From Macrostomum lignano (lineage: Eukaryota): 64,000 nt of DNA. The stretch spans positions 140,908-204,907 of the forward strand of contig NIVC01002097.1 in assembly GCA_002269645.1 (NCBI GenBank). Direction: 5' to 3'. The notes under the pieces are model-generated. The model did no database searches, had not been told where the DNA came from, and worked only from the letters and a program-made list of their open reading frames with translations. This document shows, one piece after another, positions 23,001 through 34,684 of this stretch (its first letter is position 1; every line of letters begins with the position of its first letter). The translations under genes were made by a program, and so were the position numbers.

Positions 23001-26000
23001 GTAACTTGCAAATGGTAACACAAGTTACTTTTTCGTAAAGCGTTCCTTACGCAAGTTACTTTTTTATTTTAGTAACGGAGTAACGGTAAGTTACTCAAAT
23101 TTCACAAGTCCGTTACAGTTACTTTGCAACAATCGCAATATTTAAATTTAAAACTGAAATGCTTAGCTATTACGCCGGTTGTCACATGTTTTTGCATTTT
23201 TCATTCCTAAATTCAAAATTAAGTGAATAGTATTATTTGGTATTGCGCTTTAATTAATGAAGAAATACTTGAAAATGAAAGGCAAAAATATTTTACTGAA
23301 ATTATAACAAAGCAAAACATGTTTCAAGTTACTAAAAATTTTCAAGTTTGATTCAAACAAACAACCAAAGAAAAAAATTCATCTGTAGCCTCCACAAGTC
23401 CCTCCGCTGGCACTGCAGTACACTACACTATTTTATACAGTTATATTTATTTTACTCTATTGAATTATTGATATTCGTTTATTTTATCATTTATAATTTT
23501 AATTATTGATTGCCATTGCCCATTGGTCCTTCTACTTGCCCCACATCGTGTCGCCAATTGCTGTCTCTGGCTGTTAATCGGTTAATCCCAATGCCCAATG
23601 GCAAATTTCGGAAACAACAGTGTGAAAAAATGTGCAATGTGAAAAAAGCAGAAAATTTTGTTAATAACATGGGTAACGGAAGTGAGTAACGGACAGTAAC
23701 TTAAAAGTTACCGGGCTTTTGTCTAAAGTTACTAGGCTAACGTAAGTTACTTTTTAAAAATTGGTAACTTAAGTTACAGTAACGCAAGTTACTTTTTTGA
23801 GTAACTTGCCCAACACTGGTCTCTGAAATCGGCACGAGATTGCCAGACGACGTAAAAACAGCCTGCATGCTTCGATGCAGCGCCTCAGTCTGTCCCGAAC
23901 TGAGGCTGCCGCGTACGTAAACCCCAGTTGTGGGACGTTGCTGGGTTTGATGCTCCGGCGGCTGCAGGTGCGTTGACTGGCAATTACTAGTATTGTCCTC
24001 GTCTTCGCGGTGGCAGCGTTCTCGCCGGGCAACTCACTTAAACTCCGGGCAACTCTCCTGAGTAATCCTGTTACTCAGGATTGGTAACAGCGCTTATGCA
24101 TCCGTGCTACGACCTGCTTAATTTACAACAAGGCTGCATCGCTAGTCCCAGATTCGCATCAAGGTGACTCATCGCAGCCGCGGGCCTTCAGCTGGTCGAT
24201 TTCTTGGGCCGCTTCGGAAAGTTTCTGCCGCGCTTGCCTGAGTTCTTGGTCTAAAGGAGATGTACGGAAGATAAATGAGTAATGTATAGTCATTTGATTC
24301 GCTGCACCACAAGAACACGCATATTGTGAGTCAGATCCCGTTTGTCGTCTTCGTGGCGACCAATAATGTGGCCCTCTTGCACTGGCCCGTATTGGATGAC
24401 GCTGTTGGCTGACGCGTCATATTTAATGCACCGATAACGGGATTCGTCCTCTTTTCTACTACTTTTAAAGTCGACATAATTGGGCGGAAGCCTGTCAGCG
24501 TTTCGAAGTTGTAGCTGTTGAAGTAGAAGACGATGCTGCTGCGCTACCTTTTCCTCTCATGCTTTACCAATCTCTAAAACAGTATGCCGCAATTACTGTA
24601 TGAAGTAAACAGTAGATGTTTGTAGCTATTCGCCTGCAAATGTTCGTAACTGACTGAAACTCCCACTGAAAGCCCAGTCGTCGTGTTCTATACTTGCTTT
24701 TCGGCTTGGTCAAGCCTCTCACGGGATGTCAGGGGACATCAAAGGACATGTGACACTGGGTAGTAGGCCTAGTGTGTTGTATATAGGAAATATGTAGTAC
24801 AGGACACAAAAGTACAAATACAAACTAATGAAGATAACGATGCAATATGTGCTACCTATTTATGCAATTCTTCTAATTGTATCCGGTTATACGAGTATAA
24901 TACATCTGCTTGATAAAAACCCTGGTTTATTAATGTTGATGAATGATGCATAATATATATTATAGTAAATTATCTACTCTGATATTAGGTGCAAGAAAGT
25001 ATGACGAAACGACGAAATTGATCAATTACTAATAGAAAATTAGTTACATGCAATTAGTGATATATAATTAGTACACATTAGTGGTAAAAAATTACTTGTA
25101 TACAATTAGTTGCACACAATTAGTGGTACACAATTAGTTGCACTTACAATTAGCAGTACACAATTAGTAATAGAATATTAAGTTTTGACAATTGCTTACA
25201 TGCAATTAGTGATATACAACTACTACATATTAGTGGTAAACAATTACTTGTACATAATTAGTTGCTCACAATTAGTCTTACACACAATTACTTGCACACG
25301 ATTAGTTGTACACAAGTAGTAGTGCAAATGCAAATATACTACAGGAATATTTTTTGTTCGTTTTATACTTCGTTTGTGCAGATAGTTGCCTCTAATTCAG
25401 CTGCTACAGCAGCGAGGATTTTGTTCATGCCATCGTCAGCCCAGAGTCTGGCACCGCCAACGTAGTCGTATGAACATACGTTGATTGTTTTCGCAAACAC
25501 TGGCGACGATGGCGTAAGTGTTTTGGTGTCACTTTTCGATTGAGCATTTTTCGCGCTCTTCCAATCTTCCAGTTCTTCAATCGCCAGTCTGGCTTCCTGT
25601 TTGTGGAACAATTAATGTGTTAAGAACAGAACTTAAGTGTCAGAGGGTAAGGAATAAAACAAGTTCGGATCTCTAACCTGCAATGCTACTTCGACGCGCA
25701 GAAATGCCAACGCAACTTTTTCCTCCAGTTGTGCCTTCACATGCTGAGCACTCGATGTAGCAGCAACAGCTGTAGCAGAGGCAGCACTCAATGCAGCAGC
25801 AACAGCTGTAGCAGAGGCAGCACTCGATGTAGCAGCAACAGCTGTAGCAGAGGCAGCACTCGATGTAGCAGCAACAGCTGTAGCAGAGGCAGCACTCGAT
25901 GTAGCAACAACAGCTGTAGCAGAGGCAGCACTCGATGTAGCAGCAACAGCTGTAGCAGAGGCAGCACTCGATGTAGCAGCAACAGCTGTAGCAGAGGCAG

Positions 26001-28882
26001 CACTCGATGTAGCAACAACAGCTGTAGCAGAGGCAGCACTCGATGTAGCAACAACAGCTGTAGCAGAGGCAGCACTCGATGTAGCAGCAACAGCTGTAGC
26101 AGTTAAGCAGACGCAACACTCGATGTAGCAGCAACAGCTGTAGCAGAGGCAGCACTCGATGTAGCAGCAACAGCTGTAGCAGAGGCAGCACTCGATGTAG
26201 CAGCAACAGCTGTAGCAGTTAAGCAGACGCAACACTCGATGTAGCAGCAACAGCTGTAGCACAGTCACCATCGCAGAAAAGGTTCTCAAAAAGGTGCTCG
26301 CAACTGTCAGCCGTCAGCCACAGCACCACTACCAGCAAAGGTCGCAGCACAGGCAGCATCGGCGGCCACAGCAGCAGCAGCTTTTTGTCGGGCAGCCACA
26401 TTAGTCCGCTTACCTAACCACCCTGTGCAATTAGAAACTTCTCTACTTTTGCGTTTTTCATAGTACTGTTAAAAGATGGGAATTTAGCATAGAAACAGTC
26501 GGTTAAAGTTAAAAAGTCGGAACGAAACGCGTGCGGTCGCGAAACTGTAGCTAAATGTTAAAAAGGCTAGAGATACTAAAAATAAATAAACGCAGACACA
26601 GACACTGAGTAGTTTACGAGCAATACGTTAGTCAACTTAAGTAAATAGACAACTGAAACGAACAGTTCAAATTGGTATACACTGTCAGCAGACATTTAAC
26701 AGTAAGAAAACGCATTTAGCCATTGGAAGCTGCACGTGAGGTAGCAGAGCGATGTGCGTTTCGGACACCGCACAGCAGCCACTATCTCATTGATACTGAT
26801 GTCGACCTTCTTCCGAGTACGAGTAGTCAAATCCGAGTACGCCACTCAGAGGGGAAGCGAACTTGACTCCCATAGTATCCCTGCGTCATGCAGTCCGGGG
26901 TGGTGAACTCTTCCGGTCTGGAACGCAGCTAATGCATGGATGTCCATTAGTGTTCCCACTGAGGGTTCCATGCACCCTTTCGCTCTAGCCGCGTTTAGCA
27001 TCGCAGTGTGATAACTTTCTGAAATCCAGGGTTGATCTGGGCAAAAAATCGAAAAGGTCATATATGCATTGAGAAAAAGTACGGTAAATATCCGAACCAA
27101 GTGGTTCAATATCCGGATGAAAAGTCCGGAAATTTTTGTCCGGATAAGTCACATATCCGGTTGATAATCCGGATACTCGTCCGGATACGACTTGTCCGGA
27201 TATTATTCGGATAAAATGTCATATCTGCACATATCCGGCCGTTCATTCGGAAAAGTGCCCCTATCCGGATCCGGATACGCTATATCCGAACCAAATATCC
27301 GTCCCTATTTTTCAGCGGGTCATTAGCGACCCGCCATCTGGTCATTAGCGACCCGCCATCTGGTCATTAGCGACCCGCCATCTGGTCATTAGCGACCCGC
27401 CATCTGGTCATTAGCCACCCGCCATCTGGTCATTAGCGATCCGCCATCTGTTCATTAGCCACCCGCCATCTGGTCATTAGCCACCCGCCATCTGGTCATT
27501 AGTCACCCACCATCTGGTCATTAGTGACGGTCATTTGGTCATTAGCGATGCGCCATCTGGTCATTAGCCACCCGCCATCTGGTCATTAGCGATCCGCCAT
27601 CTGTTCATTAGCCACTTACCATCTGGTCATTAGCCACCCGCCATCTGGTCATTAGTCACCCACCATCTGGTCAATAGCGACCCGCCATCTGGTCATTAGC
27701 GACCCGCCATCTGGTCATTAGCGACCCGCCATCTGGTCATTAGCCACCCGCCATCTGGTCATTAGTCACCCACCATCTGGTCAATAGCGACCGCCATCTG
27801 GTCATTAGCGATGCACCATCTGGTCATTCGCCGTCAAACCTCCCACCCGTTCAGCAGCAACTGGAGCAGCTGCGGGCCCAGTCCGCCAGCACGGCCTCCA
27901 CGCAGCTCAAAGCGATGATGCTGGACCCCGCTGTCAATGTGCTCTACCAGCGACTCCGCAAGGAGCTCGGGGACTGTCGCGACAGACTGGAGCAGACTCA
28001 AAACGACCTATCGGCCTGGAAGTTCACCCCGGATAGCCAGACTGGTAAGCGGCTGATGGCGCGGATCCGGCAGCTGCACCAGGAGAACAGCGAGCTCAGC
28101 CAGGGCATGTCGTCGGCCGCCGTGGCCAAGATGGAGAGCGAGATCGCTTTAGAGAAAACTCTGCTAGTGGAGATGCGGAAGACGCACACAGGTGAGCCTC
28201 CGGCTCATCAATTATCTAGAAGATTTGCTCAGCAAGTGTAACTTGCTATTAGCTGAGAGCAGTCACGTGACTTACATGTTGGCTTAGAGGGCAGAGCAGT
28301 AACCGTCAACATTCATTTTTGCTTGGTTGGGGGTTTGTCGTGCGATTCCCACTCATTTGAGGGCCAACCCCCAAGGCTCAGAGTGTGCATGCCTCTCTGA
28401 TTAGAAAGTCGGGGCCCCTGTACATCCTGCATGAGCGTGTACACAGTATTGGCGCGCTTGCAGGTGCTCAGGAGTCAGCAGAATGGGCGGAACTGCCTCA
28501 GCGCTAGCTGTGGGACCATGTCGCCGAAGGGTGCCCAGCTGATGGGCAGCAATCTCTTCCTCCCTCGGTCTATATTCCTGCTGAGCATCGCATCTCGAAA
28601 TCCCGATGCCCGACTTCCCCCGCAGAGCAGGAGCACCTACTCGGCGAGATTGACGACGAGACCGAGTCGCTGCAGTCCACCATCCTCATCATGCAGGGCC
28701 AGCTCAGCGATGCCTACCTACGCATCGAGGCGCTCCGTCTGCAGCTGCACGCCTTCGACGCCGGGGCCGCCTCCGGCTACCGCACCGCCGCCCCGACGCC
28801 CCCGCCGCTCCTGCCAGCAACGGAGGGCAGAGCGGCTTCCGCTGAGCTTCGCGTTTTGGGGGGGGGCGAACCGCGTGGCTGA
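20029..28882 (+). CDS. WTAP: WTAP / fl(2)d, m6A methyltransferase complex regulatory subunit (5' exon(s) not identified)
   Basis: In-phase exons 20029-20162 (ESKKREQLLMPRLTTKERE), 27855-28191 (MLDPAVN...EQTQNDLSAWKFTPDSQTGKRLMA) and 28626-28882 (DDETESLQSTILIMQGQL) match the conserved WTAP coiled-coil. Confidence 0.93.
21358..21549. mobile_element. hAT MITE (CAGGGGCATAG...CTATGCCCCTG)
   Basis: TIR; 8-bp TSD GACTTGGC/GATTTGGC (7/8). Confidence 0.8.
21875..22490. repeat. Inverted repeat pair (gccacagaatatacacagaatggtgaat), probable old MITE
   Basis: About 28-bp arms at ~21880-21910 and ~22460-22487; termini and TSD not defined. Confidence 0.5.
22574..24560 (-). pseudogene. BEN-domain protein gene carried by the CMC-like element, disrupted by a MITE
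   Basis: C-terminus FIRRILRAVFSNDEFLTTTFSGRR...AKLEIVAAYC...DCFKRCR fits the BEN pattern. Removing 22976-23826 restores an open frame to ~24035. Upstream coiled-coil-like exon QELRQARQKLSEAAQEIDQLKAR at ~24255-24175. Confidence 0.65.
22976..23818. mobile_element. hAT MITE (CAGTGTTGGGC...GCCCAACACTG) with gtaac/gttac subterminal motifs
   Basis: Perfect TIR and 8-bp TSD GTCTCTGA (22968-75 / 23819-26). Confidence 0.92.
25745..26260. repeat. 36-bp tandem repeat (gcactcgatgtagcagcaacagctgtagcagaggca) inside the CMC-like element
   Basis: About 14 units; on the minus strand encodes (ATAVAATSSAAS)n within ORF 25633-26289. Confidence 0.9.
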
Positions 28883-28974
28883 ACTTAGTGGCGTGGAATG
28901 GTGCATTTGCTGGCCCGTGGATTTGCGGCTGGAGAATTGCAAACCCCCTTTAGCAACCTGCAGTAATCTCTCCA

Positions 28975-29470
28975 ATCAGCCACCTGCAGAATCGCCCCTC
29001 TAATCAGCCACCTGCAGAATCGCCCCTCCAATCAGCCACCTGCAGAATCGCCCCTCCAATCAGCCACCTGCAGAATCGCCCCTCTAATCAGCCACCTGCA
29101 GAATCGCCCCTCCAATCAGCCACCTGCAGAATCGCCCCTCCAATCAGCCGCCTGCAGAATCGCCCCTCCAATCAGCCACCTGCAGAATCGCCCCTCTAAT
29201 CAGCCACCTGCAGAATCGCCCCTCCAATCAGCCACCTGCAGAATCGCCCCTCTAATCAGCCACCTGCAGAATCGCCCCTCCAATCAGCCACCTGCAGAAT
29301 CGCCCCTCCAATCAGCCGCCTGCAGAATCGCCCCTCTAATCAGCCACCTGCAGAATCGCCCCTCCAATCAGCCACCTGCAGAATCGCCCCTCCAATCAGC
29401 CACCTGCAGAATCGCCCCTCTAATCAGCCACCTGCAGAATCGCCCCTCCAATCAGCCACCTGCAGAATCG
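28975..29470. repeat. 28-bp minisatellite (aatcagccacctgcagaatcgcccctcc) just 3' of WTAP
   Basis: About 17 tandem units. Confidence 0.95.
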
Positions 29471-30111
29471 CCTTTGTTTCAGCTTCTAGTTTCTGGTTTC
29501 TGTAAATATTTGTACGCAAAGTTGCCCGCTGCAAGTTCAGCAAGTTCAGTAAGGTGGAATCCAGTAAATTGAAAATGAAAAATTCACCGCTGCGCTTGCA
29601 ATTCAATTATGCGCTGTTTTAAACAATCGCGAATCGTTTACCGCCGTTTACTTTTTTATGATCTCGTTTACTTTTTTTGAATGCTTAGTCAGCTAATCAA
29701 AACTGCCTGTTCTCATTTTCCCTTCTATCTTCTCTCCCACTCTCCCTTCTTCTCAATCCTCTCCTTTTGTCTCCCTCTCTCCCCTTCTCTACCCTCGAAT
29801 CTCCCCGTCTCTACTTATAGTGCGTCTCATTTTACCAGCTATAATTCACGGTCTGAGTTGCTAAGCACGCTCCCTCCCTTCTCTTGGGCTTGGGTTTAAA
29901 GCTAGCTGACAAAACGTGTTAAAGTGAATAGGTGATACTCGCGTACACAGAACTTTTTTTACAAGTCTCAAATCCTGATTTTCTCATGAATAAATTTCAG
30001 CTTAAGGACTCCTGCATGTACATGTAAAAGTGCACACCGAATCAGAGCCAGTTTAGAGAGAGAGACATTCAGATAAAATAATTTTGCTTCGCAGTCAATC
30101 AGACGCTAGAC

Positions 30112-31587
30112 ATGTCTCGAGCTTCTCAACTATTTGAACACCTCATAATTGCTCGCTGGTGTCTGCACGGCGCCCACCTGGACATGGCGGCCGATGAGTA
30201 CGCCAGGGTCAGGGCGATGGCTGCGGCCTCGGGCGACCCCGACACCGAGGCCGCTGCGCTGACCGGCCTGGCTGACGTGGCCATCCAGCTGGGCCAGTGG
30301 GACTCCGCCCGCCTGCTGCTCGAGTACGCGCTGGCCCCGCCCGCCTGCGACCGGGTACGCTGCGCTGGACAGCTTTTTTATAGGCTCTGATAGTCAAAGC
30401 CCACAAACAGACAGTCAAACCCACACCCAGACAGTCAAACCCCACACCCAGACAGTCAAAGCCCACACCCAGACAGTCAAACCCCACACCCAGACAGTCA
30501 AAGCCCACAAACAGACAGTCAAACCCACACCCAGACAGTCAAACCCACACCCAGACAGTCAAACCCACACCCAGACAGTCAAACCCCACACCCAGACAGT
30601 CAAACCCACACCCAGACAGTCAAACCCACACCCAGACAGTCAAACCCCCACCCAGACAGTCAAAACCCACACCCAGACAGTCAAAGCCCACAAACAGACA
30701 GTCACAGCACACCCAGACAGTCAAACCCACACCCAGACAGTCAAACCCACACCCAGACAGTCAAACCCACACCCAGACAGTCAAAGCCCACAAACAGACA
30801 GTCAAACCCACACCCAGACAGTCAAACCCACACCCAGACAGTCAAACCCACACCCAGACAGTCAAACCCACACCCAGACAGTCAAACCCACACCCAGACA
30901 GTCAAACCCACACCCAGACAGTCAAACCCCACACCCAGACAGTCAAAACCCACACCCAGACAGTCAAAGCCCACAAACAGACAGTCACAGCACACCCAGA
31001 CAGTCAAACCCACACCCAGACAGTCAAACCCACACCCAGACAGTCAAACCCACACCCAGACAGTCAAAGCCCACAAACAGACAGTCACAGCACACCCAGA
31101 CAGTCACACCACACCCAGACAGTCAAACCCCCACCCAGACAGTCAAACCCCCATCCAGACAGTCAAACCCCCATCCAGACAGTCAAAACCCACACCCAAA
31201 CAGTCAAACTGCACCCGTAAGGCAGTCTCAAGCCCACAAACGCACTACGCTGGCACTACATACAACTTCGTTATCTTCCAGGTGCAGTCGAGGCGCCTTC
31301 TGCGCGCTCGCTACCTGCTCGGCCTGGCGCTCATGGCGCTGGGCAGGGCAGCGGCTTCCCGCGCCGCCCTGGAAGCCGCCATGGCGGTTGTCGGCGCTGC
31401 CGATGCCACCGACTCGGCCAGAGACGAAATTTGCGCGGCGCTGTCGCAGCTGGACTTGGCCGGGGACGTCCCGGACGGTTCCCAGCTGGCCGCTGCCGCC
31501 TTGAAGTTCGACTCCACCGGACTGGACGATGACGGGGGAGACCGGAGGAAGGTCGGAGCTGCAGCGACGGTTGGCTCACTGATTTAA
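30112..31587 (+). CDS. Two-exon TPR-like alpha-helical protein (~182 aa)
   Basis: Exons 30112-30354 and 31282-31587 join in phase 0 with GT-AG; AAALTGLADVAIQLGQWDSA and RARYLLGLALMALGRAAAS resemble TPR helices. Confidence 0.6.
30390..31210. repeat. ~20-bp minisatellite (cagacagtcaaacccacacc) in the TPR-like gene intron
   Basis: About 40 tandem units. Confidence 0.95.
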
Positions 31588-32211
31588 ACTTGAAAACTTT
31601 TTGCTACTGTGCACTGCTGCGGCTATCCGTTGCTTACCTGTTATACGGAAGTATTACCTGTGCTGTTTTTACTCCACAGGATGGGGTTAGGGTAATTACG
31701 GTTAAGGTTGGTTCAGGGTAGGTTATGGTTAGATTGGTTTGGTTTTGATTTTGCGTGTACAGCTTTTCTGAAATCTACAGTTGCGTTAAATTTAGGACAA
31801 TTTTTGTAAGTTCCGGAGGCGAAATGACTGCTCAAAAATCATCTCGTGTGCATTGTGTCTTTCACTGGGCTTACTACTCACCTCTCTGCGACCTCAAATT
31901 TATGAGGCATAATTACAAGAGGGGTCTTTCGGTAGAGTATCCGTTTCTGCATTTCTTTTTTTTTCTATTGCCATGCCCTGTGCCAAGTCAAATACAATAA
32001 AGATGTTCAGCAGATGTTCAAAATTTTGTAGTTGCTCACACCTTATAAATCAGAATAATTTTGTTTGACTTTAGCTTTGTTGATTTCATGTTGTTAATAA
32101 AGTTCACAGGTGCATGGGCCACTCTTGTGAAAGGATTGCAGACGTTCTGTCGAGTTCGGCTATGCTAACAACACCTTATTTAAGAGGAAAAACACTGAAT
32201 TGGTCTCTCAG

Positions 32212-32940
32212 TCAGTAGACCTTGACCAGCTTGCTCCAGTCAGGGTCCGTCTCGATGGCGTCTCCAACGCTGGCATCGGAGAAGTCCAGCATTCTGCACC
32301 TGCCGTCCGCCTTGTTGTGCAGGGCGGCCCTGCACTGCCACCGGTCAGCGCAGCGGAGAGCGCACTCGGACTCCCGCCTGACGCCCGCCAGCTCGGTGAA
32401 GCAGTAGCTGGGGCTGATACTGCCGAGGCGCAGGAAGGCGGCCCGCCTGAACCTCCCGCTGTTCGGCGTCACCAGCGCCTGGCAGAGGAAGCCTTTCTGC
32501 CTGTCGGGCTTGAAATCGTTGATCCCGCGCCGCTTTAGCGCCAGAAAATCGTCTCTCGGATTCGAGTTGCCCGGGCCGCCGCCGACCCAGTCGGAGTCGT
32601 CGGCCAGCAGCTGGCGGCCGTCGGTCAGCAGCCAGCCAGTCCTGTTGGCGCCTCGTTCCACCAGCAGGTCGGTCGCTCCGATCCACAGGCCGCCGCCGGT
32701 CACCGAGCCGACGACCGCGCGCAGCAGCTCCAGTTCGATGGCCAGCTCTCCGCCCATTCTCCAGCAGGCTTCGGCCGCCTCGCACCAGCCGACTTTGTCG
32801 CTCGCGTTCCAGTAGGCGCAGCGGCCGCCAGATGGCGTTGGCGTCCGAGTCATCGGCCAGCTGCACGAGGCGGCATCAGCGGCGGGTCGCGAGCTCAGAA
32901 CGGCGAAGACTGCGGCTACAATGCGGAGTCTCACCTGCAT
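32212..32940 (-). CDS. Secreted C-type lectin domain + PAN/apple domain protein, intronless, 242 aa
   Basis: Signal-peptide-like N-terminus; W-EA-EAC-RMGGELA, LWIGATD, GFLCQ (CTLD); ECALRC...CRAALHN...CRM (PAN). Confidence 0.85.
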   Translation of the reverse strand: MQVRLRIVAAVFAVLSSRPAADAASCSWPMTRTPTPSGGRCAYWNASDKVGWCEAAEACWRMGGELAIELELLRAVVGSVTGGGLWIGATDLLVERGANRTGWLLTDGRQLLADDSDWVGGGPGNSNPRDDFLALKRRGINDFKPDRQKGFLCQALVTPNSGRFRRAAFLRLGSISPSYCFTELAGVRRESECALRCADRWQCRAALHNKADGRCRMLDFSDASVGDAIETDPDWSKLVKVY

Positions 32941-33209
32941 GGCTCTACCTGGACTCGGTTGAGCTGTGTTTCCATCACTGAATAATACAGCTTTTTATCC
33001 ATTTTGCTGCTAAAAGCATATGGTTCTAAAAGCTTTGCTTTTCTGCAATGAAAAGGCTTTAAAACTTTCAAAAGACAAAGATGCTTTCATTGCTAAGCAA
33101 ACAGAGCCCCATGGACGGAAATGTGGTCGCAAATGCGAGCTACTTCTGCCTTTAGTAAAATCTCCAAAAAGACTACAGGAAACCTTGGTTTGTTCAATCT
33201 GAGTTTTAA

Positions 33210-33778
33210 AATGGGGAGTTCACAAACTCGAAATTTCACAACGTCGAAAGCACCTTCTTTCACAAGATCGAAATTTCACAAGGTCGAAATTTCATAACAT
33301 CGAAAACTCAAACAGCAACCACTTTCACAAGGTCGAAATTTCACAACATCGAAAACTTTAGCAAGAGACTTCACAAGGTCGAAATTTCACAACGTACGAG
33401 TAGAAAACTACTGCAAAGTTCTTGTTATATTAAGTTTTCGATGTTGTGAAATTTCGACCTTGTGAAGTTTCGACCTTGTGAAAGTGGTTGCTGTTTGAGT
33501 TTTCGATGTTATGAAATTTCGATGTTGTGAAATAATTTACTTTTCGACGTTGTGAAATTTCGACCTTGTGAAATAATTTACTTTTCGACGTTGTGAAATT
33601 TCGACCTTGTGAAGCTTCGACCTTGTGAAATAATTTACTTTTCGACGTTGTGAAATTTCGACCTTGTGAAATAATTTACTTTTCGACGTTGTGAAATTTC
33701 GACCTTGTGAAGCTTCGACCTTGTGAAATAATTTACTTTTCGACGTTGTGAAATTTCGTCCTTGTGAAAGCACCCCTT
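33210..33778. mobile_element. Foldback-type MITE built of inverted arrays of tttcacaaggtcgaaatttcacaac(a/g)tcg, possible TTAA TSD (Kolobok-like)
   Basis: Forward subrepeats 33230-33400, reverse subrepeats 33430-33765; ends AATGGGG...CCCCTT flanked by TTAA. Confidence 0.6.
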
Positions 33779-34684
33779 TTAAAAGACCCACTAAAAGGTT
33801 GGTCGCTAAAAATTAAAACGAAACATTTTCAGGAGGACTACGGACACCCTGACGCAACGCCTCCTGCCGTTCTGCGACATCGGTCCCACAACCAGCGCCG
33901 AGGCAGTTCTTACCATTCCGCTGACTACTGTACGCAGGCACGCTCTCGCACAGTGTGTACAGTGGGTTAGCGGCCCCGACTTCCTAATCGTCTGGCATGT
34001 ACTGTGTCATTTGGGTTGACCAAATGGTCTACCCCATGGACGGACGCTACATGTACATTGTACTCTTACGTTTCTAGATACGAGCTAAGCTTAAATATTC
34101 GGCTATCTATGTAGTTAGGCTATTTTTACTTCTTGCATAAATCTAAGGAGCTCTAGCTAAGGAGAAAGTGATACTCGTACCGTATGTTTACGAGCGTAAT
34201 AGTCAATAGACCGCCATTAGGCAGGCAGTCAGAACTTGAACTTTTTCGGAATTTTATGCCTTCGTAACGAGGAGAGGAAAATACGAGTATTGAAAAGAAA
34301 ATTTAAATCAATAATCAAGTCTACATACATGAATCTACTTACTCGTAAGGTATACTGAAACATCTAGATATCTATTGCGTCCGAAAATCTGCTTATTATT
34401 CAGCAGTGCATGCGCATTGTTTCGGACTCATTGCGACTATCATAGGTAGAGCGACACATCAGGCTCCTAGCCTCTCGAAGCCGGCCGCGGCGACCCCGTG
34501 CAGGCGGCACCGCGACCCAGCTCAGTCTCGAACTCGCCGGTCCTGCAGCTCTGCTCGGCGCTGGCGCACAAAACTGCGCATTCGATGCCGCTCCGAGCGG
34601 CCACGGAGGCGGCGGCGGCTCGGCGACCGGCCGGCCGTCCGCAGCCAGAACTCTGCAGCGATTCGGGCAGCAGTGGGAGAGATG

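Larger units (their letters stand above)
20530..27319. mobile_element. 6.8-kb CMC/EnSpm-like DNA transposon (no transposase seen) in a WTAP intron
   Basis: TIR CCC(A/G)CTGAAAAATAGGGA(A/C)GGAT; 2-bp TSD TC (20528-29 / 27320-21); atatccgga subterminal repeats at both ends. Confidence 0.75.
20335..27828. repeat. 22-bp minisatellite (ccatctggtcattagcgacccg) split into 20335-20529 and 27320-27828 by a transposon insertion
   Basis: Same unit and orientation on both sides, in register across the insertion. Confidence 0.9.

Noticed and set aside
31680-31745. Telomere-like GGTTAG repeats (also at ~13592)
   Set aside because: Only 1-2 exact units within degenerate sequence; not an interstitial telomeric array
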